Below are positions 49,370-64,000 of a stretch of DNA of 64,000 nt, piece after piece. Both the position numbers and the translations under genes were made by a program. The DNA lies in NCBI RefSeq assembly GCF_009914755.1, contig NC_060931.1, one strand, 5' to 3'. Origin of the DNA: the human T2T-CHM13v2.0 reference genome, Homo sapiens. Below the pieces are notes generated by a model. The model was not told the DNA's origin, made no database searches, and was given only the letters and a program-made list of their open reading frames with translations. The first letter of the stretch is position 1. Each line of letters begins with the position of its first letter.

Positions 49370-50225
49370 ATTTATCAGGGTTGGTATAACAAATTACCAC
49401 ACACTGGGTGGCTTGACATAGCAGCTTTTTTAAAAAAATTTCATATATAAGTGAGATCATACGCAAAGATAGAGCATGAAACAGAAGTTATGGGTGGTAG
49501 GGTGAGAAGAAATGGGGAGATGTAAGTAAAAGGATACAAAGTAGCAGATATGTAAGATGAACAAGTCTAGAGATCTAATGTGTAACACGACTAATAAAAT
49601 TGTATTGTATTAGGAATTTTTGTAAAATAAGTAGATTTTACCTGCTCATGTCACAAAAATGAGATCATATGTTAATCTGCTTCATCATTATAGTACTTAT
49701 TTGTATCTACATATATATCCCATAGTATCATGTTGTAAACCTTAAATATACACAATATAATTTATTTTAAAATAGAAATAAAAAAAACACACAACAGGTT
49801 TTTATTCTCTCCCAGCTCTTTAGGATAACGATTTGAAATGAAAGTGTCAGTTGGCAGGTCCATGCTGTTTCTGAAGGGTTTTGAAAGAAAGCCCTTCCTT
49901 GTCTTTCCCTGGCTTCTGCTGATTCCTGGCAATCCTTGGTGTTCTGTGGCTTGCAGCTGAATCCTTTCAGTCTTTGTCTCCATTGTTATACAGTGTTTTC
50001 CCTGTGTGTTTGTGTGTGTGTGTGTGTGTATGTGTGTGTGTGTGTCTTGTGCCATGCCTTCTTCCTATAAGGCACCAATCATTCAATTTAGGACCCAAAC
50101 TAATCCAGTATGACCTCATCTTAACTAATCACAGCTACGATAATTCTATTTCCAAACAAAGTACATTTTGAGGTTCCAGGTAGACATAAATTCTTGAGGG
50201 GAGGAGGCATTTATTCAAACCACAG
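49370..50225 (-). mobile_element. MLT1C-like LTR split by an L1MA insertion; contains (GT)n at ~50004-50046
   Basis: TAACAAATTACCACACACTGGGTGGCTT | ...TTTATTCTCTCCCAGCTC...CTAATCCAGTATGACCTCATCTTAACT. Confidence 0.8.
49431..49788 (+). mobile_element. L1MA8-like 3' end with a short 5' inversion
   Basis: AAAGGATACAAAGTAGCAGATATGTAAGATGAACAAGTCTAGAGATCTAATG; A-rich tail; degenerate TSD. Confidence 0.75.
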
Positions 50226-50336
50226 CACTTGGTATACAATGCATGCTTGTTGAGTGATAGACTATATAAATGTCCTTCACCTGCCCTACCCTGGGTTCCT
50301 CGCTCAAACGTATTGTAGCCCAGGAGACTCTTAGTC

Positions 50337-50800
50337 TATGGCCAACTGATTAAAGAAATGGGCCCAATTCATTCATACTTGACTGTGTCCATGCCTTTGA
50401 ATCTCAATTTAGCCATTCAGCTGGCATTAGCCAATAAGACATTGCAAACATGATGCAGAGATTGGAGGTATTTGGTGTTAAGGCTTGTTTGCTATCTTAG
50501 GAACCCTGAGCCCTTCATGTGAACATGACTTGTGTAGAAAGAGGGATCATATGGAGGTCTCCCATTATTCTAACTGGCCCACTTGAGACCATCAAAAACC
50601 TGCCAGCTCTAGACAACCTACCAGCTGACCACAGATGCATGAGAAAGCTTAGTTGAGTGCACCAGAGCCTGATACTGAATAGAGAAACTGCTTAGCTGAA
50701 CCGTGCCTAAATGACCAAGCTGCAGACTTATGAACTAAATTTTTGGTTGATTTTTTAATGCATTGAGTTTAGGGGTGTTATTATTCAGAAATTATTACCT
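50337..50800 (+). mobile_element. MLT1H/G-like MaLR LTR
   Basis: CCAGCTGACCACAGATGCATGAG...AACTGCTTAGCTGAACC...TGAGTTTAGGGGTG. Confidence 0.6.
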
Positions 50801-52912
50801 CATACCTTGACCTTCATTGGCTCTCTATTCTACTTAATTAGGAATAACACACACACACACACACACAAAACCCACAACCCTATATCTACCTACATATATA
50901 TACAACCTACTAATTCAGAATTTTAATATTGTTTTAATTTTATTGAAGACTTCCAAGTATAGGCAGATAATTAAAGAAATATTGCCAATCTAAATTTTAA
51001 TTATTCTTAAATTTAGATACCCTGCACACAAGTTCTAAGACAAGAGATTTACATAGAATTAACGTTTTGAGATACATTTACTTTGAATAATTTTGGAATG
51101 CATTCACTTCCGTGCCAAAGAGATTATCATATACAAAGAGAAAATTTACACTGCTGTCATCAGATCACATGTAATTCTGTGTCTTTGTGCATTTGTTCAG
51201 TTATGGAAGGAAGAGCTCTATAAGTTCTCTTCCAATAATCTCAAACATAATTACTTTTTATAAAAATCACATATTATACAATGAATAGAAAATATATTTT
51301 GATTTCTTTTTCACATACAACTTTCAATTTAGTCTTGAGGTTGTAGAATTTCCCTAAGGGAAAAAATCCTAGCAGATAAAAATTGTGTCTGCAAAAGTCT
51401 AATACATTTGGTAAAGTTAGAAAATGCATCATGTTCACAAAGTATTTGTAGCTAGTGCAATTTTGGTGAAATGAATTTTTAGAGGTTCAGTCCTTTCTCT
51501 GGGCCTCTTTGGAGACAGTCAAAATGTCTCATTGAAACATGGATTCTGCTTAATTACTGATTAGTGCATTCTTTTTAAATGTAACTGTGTTTCAGCTTTA
51601 TCAAATTATTAGAGTGAAAAAATGCCAGAAAAAATTTACAAAAAAAATTTCTTGGACAGGAAAATTGACTCATGAAATCAAGAGAGGAGTCTGGACTTTC
51701 TGAGAAGATTAGAATTTTTAAAAAATGTTCCCAACTCCAGAAGGCCCACCAGGCACACTATCCTTGGAGAGGTTTTAGGGTGAGAAAAGCATTGTAAAGG
51801 GCCAGCTTAACTTGACTGTTTTATGGAGGCTACTTTTGAATAGAGGGCCTTCACAATGAGCCCATAGCTTATAAGAAGCATTTGGAGGGGTAGAGCCAAG
51901 AAGACCATATAGGAACAGCTCCAGTCTACAGCTCCCAGTGTGAGCGATGCAGAAGATGGGTGATTTCTGCATTTCCAACTGAGGTACTGGGTTCATCTCA
52001 CTGGGGATTGTCAGACAGTGGGTGCAGGACAGTGGGTGCAGTGCACCAAGTGTGAGCTGAAGCAGGGTGAGGCATTGCCTCACCCGGGAAGCACAAGGGG
52101 TCAGGGAATTCCATTTCCTAGCCAAGGAAAGGGGTGACAGATGGCACCTGGAAAATTGGGTCACTCCCACCCTAATACCGTGCTTTTCCAATGGTCTTAG
52201 CAAATGGCACACCAGGAGATTATATCCTGCGCCTGGCTCGGAGGGTCCTACGCCCATGGAGCCTCACTCATTGCTAGCACAGCAGTCTGAGATCAAACTG
52301 CAAGGTGGCAGTGAGGATGGGGGAGGGGAGCCTGCCATTGCCGAGGCTTGAGTAGGTAAACAAAGCAGCTGGGAAGCTCGAACTGGGTGGAGCCCACCAC
52401 AGCTCAAGGAGGCCTGCCTGCCTCTGTAGACTCCACCTCGGGGGGCAGGGCATAGCCAAACAAAAGGCATCAGAAACCTCTGCAGACTTAAATGTCCCTG
52501 TCTGACAGCTTTGAAGAGAGTAGTGGTTCTCCCAGCACATAGCGTGAGATCTGAGAACAGACAGCCTGCCTTCTCAAGTGGGTCCCTGACCCCGAGTAGC
52601 CTAACTGGGAGGCACCCCCCAGTAGGGGCAGACTGACACCTCACACGGCCGGGTACTCCTCTGAGATAAAACTTCCAGAAGAACGATCAGGCAGCAACAT
52701 TTGCTGTTCACCAATATCCGCTGTTCTGCAGCCTCCACTACCGATACCCAGGCAAACAGGGTCTGGAGTGGACCTCCAGCAAACTCCAGCAGATCTGCAG
52801 CTGAGGGTCCTGACTGTTAGAAGGAAAACTAACAAACAGGAAGGACATCCACACCAAAACCCCATCTGTACATCACCATCATCAAAGACCAAAGGTAGAT
52901 AAAACCACAAAG

Positions 52913-53928
52913 ATGGGGAAAAACAGAGCAGAAAAACCGGAAACTCTACAAATCAGAGCGCCTCTCCTCCTCCAGAGGAACGCAGCTCCTCACCAGCGAT
53001 GGAACAAAGCTGGACGGAGAATGACTTTGATGAGTTGAGAGAAGAAGACTTCAGACGATCAAACTACTCCGAGCTAAAGGAGGAAGTTTGAACCCATTGC
53101 AAAGAAGTTAAAAACCTTGAAAAAAGATTAGACGAATGGCTAACTCGAATAACCAATGCAGAGAAGTCCTTAAAGGACCTGATGGAGCTTAAAACCATGG
53201 CACGAGAACTACATGATGAATGCACAAGCCTCAGTAGCTGATTCGATCAACTAGAAGAAAGGGTATCAGTGATGGAAGATCAAATTAATGAAATGAAGTG
53301 AGAAGAGAAGTTTAGAGAAAAAAGAATAAAAAGAAATGAACAAATCCTCCAAGAAATATGGGACTATGTGAAAAGACCAAATCTGCGTCTGATTGGTGTA
53401 CCTGAAAGTGACGGGGAGAATGGAACCAAGCTGGAAAACACTCTGCAGGATATTATCCAGGAGAACGTCCCCAATCTAGCAAGGCAGGCCAACATTCAAA
53501 TTCAGGAAATACAGAGAACACCACAAAGATACTCCTCGAGAAGAGCAGCTCCAAGACACATAATTGTCAGATTCACCAAAGTTGAAATGAAGGAAAAAAT
53601 GTTAAGGGCAGCCAGAGAGAAAGGTCAGGCTACCCACAAAGGGAAGCCCATCAGACTAACAGCTGATCTCTCGGCAGAAACTCTGCAAGCCAGAAGAGAG
53701 TGGGGGCCAATATTCAACATTCTTAAAGAAAAGAATTTTCAACCCAGAATTTCATATCCAGCCAAACTAAGCTTCATAAGTGAAGGAGAAATAAAATACT
53801 TTACAGACAAGCAAATGCTGAGAGATTTTGTCACCACCAGACCTGCCCTAAAAGAGCTCCTGAAGGAAGCACTAAACATGGAAAGGAACAACCAGTACCA
53901 GCCACGGCAAAAACATGCCAAATTGTAA
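52913..53928 (+). pseudogene. L1 ORF1, disrupted
   Basis: 1-bp deletion in the A-run just after the ATG and several CGA>TGA-type stops; intact C-terminal part KRPNLRLIGVPE...KHAKL. Confidence 0.9.
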
Positions 53929-53991
53929 AGAACATCGAGGCTAGGAAGAAACTGCATCAACTAATGAGCAAAATAACCAGCTAACATCATA

Positions 53992-57817
<3,826 letters not shown>

Positions 57818-60800
57818 ACAATGAGAACACATGGACACAGGAAGGGGAACATCACACACTGGGGCCTGTTGTGGGATGGGGGGGAGGGGAGAGGGATAGC
57901 ATTAGGAGATATACCTAATGTTAAATGATGAGTTAATGGGTGCAGCACACCAACATGGCACATGTAGACATATGTAACAAACCTGCATGTTGTGCACATG
58001 TACCCTAAAACTTCAAGTATTAAAAAAAAAAAGAAGCATTTGGAGCAGACCTTGAATACATTTTATTGTAATTAACAGGTTGTCAGCTTTCACACATGTA
58101 GAAGTTTTTCTAAGGGAGATTTTTACATAGTTTTATCAGAAAATGATAATTTATGCCTAACATCCACCCAAAGTTATTTTTCTATCAATCTTGTTCACCT
58201 TTTTATGTGGAAGCAGCAGGAAAGAACATGTTGGGATTCTTTTTTATGCCGTGTTTTGATCAGCTTAGCTCTGTCTGAATGTTTGTTGTAAGGGCTTGTG
58301 GCTGCTTCTAGCAGGCACCATTGTTACGCAGGAATATAGACACTTTCCGATTTAAAGAACGCTGTCTCTTTACGAAGATAATTTTTTCCCTAAAGTTTTG
58401 GCTGAGAGAGGAGTTGAGGCCAAACCTGAGAAAATGCTTACATTGTACTGTTTTCCTGAATTCAGAACTATCTTTAGGTGGTGTGGGGGCCTCTTCACAG
58501 CCCCGTGCTGCTCCATGCTTTTGTGCTCCATCACAGTTGGGTTCTTATCAGGAGATGAGGAAATGGAGGCTGTGAACAGAAAGTTCATTGGTCTAACATG
58601 ATTCGACTTTGGGCAAGTATTCAACCAGTGCTTACAAAGGCAGGATTGGGCATGCAGTGAGCATCCTAAACCTTTGAGAAATTCAGCCCCTTACTCCTGT
58701 ATATAATCTTTATATAAAAATATTTATTAAAGCCAGTGTGCAAAAGTTGAAATAAGGATGTCTGCTTTGGAAAGAGATTTATTTCTCTGGAGCAATAATG
58801 ATAACAAAATATTGTAAAACAGTATTTTATCATAATTACAATCATCCAGTGAACACTTGCTATGAGCCAGCTCTCTGAGGTTCTGCTCACATCACATGTT
58901 ATTTTTTCACTTCTGCTTTACAACAGCCCTTTTGGGTAGATACAAATGTGCCCTTTTTACTGTTGAGAAATCCGAGGCTCAGAGAGGAAGAGTTCTGAGC
59001 AGAGTTAGGGAGTTGCACAGCCTAACTTTAAACATGCCAATGTGTCTCTTAACCTCATTCTATAACCACTATGCTATTGCATATTACATTTTAAATGTGC
59101 ATTTCAGTGTCCTTTTTATGTTTAATGGCTATATTTAAATTTTGTGATTTTTTTTCTCTTAATGATTTAATGCAATAATAGACAGAAGCCAGAAAATGGT
59201 GACAGGAAAACTGGGCTTCAGAGATGTTAGTAAATTGCTGAAGGCAATGCAGGTAACTGGAAAGATAGAATTGGACCTGAGCTCTCTCTGACCACAAACC
59301 TCGTCTAATATATTATGATGTTTTTGAGGCAGCCTGGACGAGAACTAAATTATGCCACTACTATTTTAGGAATACCAGTCCTTATATGAAGATATCTAAG
59401 TGATACTGCCTGGTTTTGTTCTGCTTTTCCCTTAAGATAATTCAATAAGGGAAGCTTCATGTGGTGTGTGGAATAAAGGGGAATAGGCAAAGTGTTGGAT
59501 GCAATAAAGTTTTGACATTTTTGAAGAGTAACTTATTACTTGGGACCTTAACTAAGTTTATTTCAGTTCTCAGATCCCAGGTCCATGTCCATCAACCTTC
59601 ACCCCACAATCCCTTTAGAACAAGAGCAATGAGTAAGACTTCAGCAGCCAGATGATCTTTAAGGAAGCCTAACATTCCATGATAATACATTTCATTTGAG
59701 GAAGTTGAACTTATTATATGTAACATGAATCAAAGAAAACTTTTATTTTTGACCATTATGTTACTGATAAAATAGGAAAAAGGGCAAAAAATTTCTCATA
59801 TTAAAAAACCATAACTTTACAATAAAAGAAATCTATTGCATTCATATGTAGTAAATAGTTATAAGTCTATTTGTTGTTTTGCTTATTTCTTGTTTATGTT
59901 TCTTTCCTACTAATTCAAAAACACCTAAAGAATCATGCATTAATACAGTATTTGTACGTTAGGGAAAAAGTCCAGAACAGCAACTAAAAAGATGAAAAAT
60001 AACAGATCACATTTTATTGAAAAAAGCATAATGCCTGATTTCATAGTCTAAAAACATGATAGAATTTGATGAATGTCAACATACACCATCAGAAATGATT
60101 TTGTCTTGCATTGCAGAATGACTTCTTTTACGCTTTGTATCATCTTGGGAATCACAACAGCAAATATGTATTTAGAAGCAAACATCACCATCATTTACTA
60201 CCTCTGTACCCTCATACATTCCAGGTGTCATGTAGCACCACAAAGACACACGTTCTGACTTCGAATTTCTAAAGGTTACCCATTAAATTTAATGGGAAGG
60301 TGTTGTACAATGAGCATATTTTGTTGAGGTCTACAAAATATCACTACACATGTGTTGTAACAGTGACATTTTAATCACTTATTTAGTTGTCCACCATGAA
60401 TATATTCAGCTCATAAAAAAGAATATAGATTTGTCTCTAAAAATTTCCCAGGAGCAAAAACACTATTCAAAGTACCTAATTTTGAGCCTTTGTTTTTAAT
60501 TTACACCCAGGGATGGTGTGATAAAACTGCTTTCATTTAACACATTTCTAGTCTGTTTTTGAAACTATCTAGATATATTGTGGTCTATTGAGCATCTGTC
60601 TTAATCAGATTAAAAATGTTCTCTAGGTCAAAAATTTTCTTCAAAAATGTCATCCATTCAACAAAAAAATACACTGGACTCCTACTACATTCCAGTCAGA
60701 GTAGTGATTAGACAGTTGGGATGCCTGCTTTAAGGGTGCGTGAATTCCAAGAACGAGGATAGACACCCAGCAACAAACTTTATGAAAGGGAAGCCCAGTT

Positions 60801-61840
60801 TACCTGAAATATGTGAATATGGGACCTAACTTTATGTAGTAATATATTCATTCCTACAGTGTCCTGTGTCTACTTAGCCACAGCACAAACATCCTTGCAT
60901 TTTAATTGTGTGTTTATACTTTTGATATGAGGGACAAAAAATTAGATGTTTTATTCATCTAGTTTCCAGCAGTGTCTAACACATGGTAGGTGGTCAATAT
61001 ATTTTCTTGAACAGAAGTTAATAACGGACATGGATACTTGCAGAGTATACAGTGGACTTCACTATCAATCATCTCATAAGCAGGTGGGCAAGGCTAGGTA
61101 AACAATTTAGCCTAGATTCTCTTCTACTTTATTCAGGGTATATTTTAATCTCAATCGCAGTGTTTTCTTTAATTGTGCAGAGAAATCCATGGCCTAACAT
61201 TAGAGCATGTCACAATATCCAAAGATTTAGAAATTCTTACGCTAGATAAATAAAACTAAAGAAATTGGTTGTGGGGGGTCTGCTTCAAATGAACAATAAC
61301 TTAGACCTTGCCATATTTGAACAATTAGAAATAAAGAAAATTGTTTACACAGTTGGTCTAGAATTCTTTGTATTTTTTTTTTTGTAGCAAATCCTAAGTA
61401 GAAGAGTCATCAAATTTACCTAGTTCTGGATATATAAACTTACTTAAGGAAATCAGGACTCTTTCTACCATATGCTGATGAGAAATGCTACTTAGAGAGG
61501 AGTAGAGGCACCACAAGACGCTATGCTATGGCGCACCTGCTCCTGTCAAGTACCACATGGGAAGTCTTAGCTCAGGGTTTATGAGAAGCAGACCCTGAGT
61601 CAAGCGGTATTGAGGCAAGCATTTGTATGGAAGGAATTCATTTGGTCAGTGATCCTAGGAAGCAGTGTGAGGGAATGGGGAAGGGAGATCAGGGAGGGAG
61701 GGATATCAACAAGGAGTGCAGTAAGTGGCAGGAGATCTCTGTGGACATCTAGAGCTCAATCCCCTTGGGGTCTCCCTAAGAGATTGTGTGGAGCTGTCTC
61801 ACAGAGAGAAAGGGGACTGGGGCTTTTGCACCCATGCTTA

Positions 61841-62452
<612 letters not shown>

Positions 62453-64000
62453 TCAAGGTCACCTCCTGAGTAGGTTGAAAAGACATGGACAGGGACCAAT
62501 AGCATCAGCTTCATGTGTCTTATGTCAACTCTTTTAATGAGCTGGTGAGGTTGGCTACATTGCTCCATTGTTATAACTGAGAAAAAGCCAGAGAGGTTAG
62601 TAACTTACCCTGCTTTATCAGTATAATAAATGATAGAGCAAAAACTCAAACCCACCTATACAGAAATCCAGGACTTTTTGCCTTCCCATTATACTATGCC
62701 TAATATATAGGAATTAAACAAAGGAAATGTTATAATCTTTTATCAAAGCAAACTGCATCAAAAAAAGCCGAACTCAAAACCTGAAACATTAGATACCTCA
62801 AACATGTTATACTCTGCTATCATAGCACAATGACAGCACCTAAATCCAATGGCTGCTGTCTCTATAAGACAATTATTTATAATTTACTGCTTAATATTTT
62901 TGAGAAGAAGAATTTGATTTAGATATTAACAGATCTTTTTGAAAGAAAAACAAATGAGGGAACATTAATTTCAAGAATCTGGGTTTGTACAAAAAAAGCT
63001 TAAAAATGCCTATGTTTGTTCATCATACGCACTGAAATGATTTTTATTATTTATTATTCATTTTTAAAGAAATTCGGCACTCTCTAAATGGCTTACTATA
63101 TGATCCTTCCCAAAGTATTTGAAATTTTATGGTATAAGTTAAGGGACCTTTACTTTCTTTCTAAATCCCTGTTATACCTCCTTGTTACTATGGCAATCCA
63201 TCCCAACAACTGTCTTTCTTAAGCTATGTAATTTTTCCTCATTAAATTATTGCACACCCTGCAAAAAATCAACACGGAAACATTAACAATGACCAAGACA
63301 CAGCCATTGATCAATATTGATGCCCAGAACCCAGGCAGACATGATGGAGTGAGAGGTTGTACCTTAATAAATGGCCACTTTGCCTTTTCTGAGCAGTTGT
63401 CATAAAAACACACCTTAGAGGCGTAATTTCTCTTTCCACCAGAACTTTTTATTGCTTGTAATTTAGAGCCACAGTAATTGAGATGTTGAGTGGGGAATTG
63501 GTGACAGAAAGGTGAGAGCTTGGGGAAAGGAAGTTTTGACCCACATGTTAATAACGCATGATCACAGCTTGAGAAAATGGTAGATCCTGTTTTTAATAGC
63601 AGAAAAAAAGAGGCTTGTCTTTGTTGGAGAGTAAAATAGCAGCCCTGGAAACTGGAGGGGAAGGAATGGATTAAAATGAAGACACTGGGACTGTATTTGT
63701 TAAGAAAGTTGTATTGGAACTTGGTAACAATAAAATCTATGCACTTGTTTTAACCTGATACAGGGTCTTTGAATTTTATTTGACATTTCTTCTCTTTTCT
63801 CCAGCTGCTAAAAAGCCAGACCTGTATTTGTCTTCCAAAGTTAACAAATGCGTAAGACATTATGGTATGCATTTCATGATTAATCTCTCCCTTGGATGAA
63901 AATTAATTTCCTACTTTTCTTCCTTCATCCTTTAAATTTTGTTTGGTATTGTGCATACTTCTGGTCTCAAAGCCTTCACAGACCACACAGGATATAAATC

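Noticed and set aside
58321-58624. Overlapping short ORFs with a few retained CpGs
   Set aside because: No recognisable protein similarity or splice structure, and not a CpG island
61530-61543. CTCF-like motif (GGAGCAGGTGCGCC on the minus strand)
   Set aside because: Lacks the leading CC and one core G

Overview
Primate (almost certainly human) genomic DNA, repeat-rich and CpG-poor. The first ~14.5 kb hold the 3' end of ABCA13 on the + strand. This comprises the tail of a long intron, three coding exons (10268-10373, 11596-11733, 12396-12491) and a ~2 kb 3' UTR. The exons splice in frame to ...[10 protein letters not shown]...SINQTTLEQ|VFINFASEQQQTLQSTLDPSTDSHHTHHLPI*. The remaining ~49 kb are intergenic and mostly transposon-derived: five Alus, a full-length inactivated L1PA4-like element with a perfect 15-bp TSD, a 5'-truncated L1PA6-like element, older L1M/L2/L3/MIR fragments, MaLR, ERV1 and ERVL LTRs, Tigger3a and MER5A. 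The most unexpected signal is invisible in the ORF track. Across ~23.7-26.9 kb, hand translation through frameshifts and stops gives a collinear gag-protease-RT-integrase series resembling a Sushi-ichi/chromovirus-type Ty3/Gypsy retrotransposon, the lineage behind PEG10/RTL genes. It has candidate LTRs and is split by a younger ERVL-type LTR; it may already be annotated as an ancient mammalian Gypsy repeat. No RNA genes, CRISPR arrays or other host protein-coding genes were recognised. Repeat subfamily names come from remembered consensus sequences, and old-repeat boundaries are approximate.
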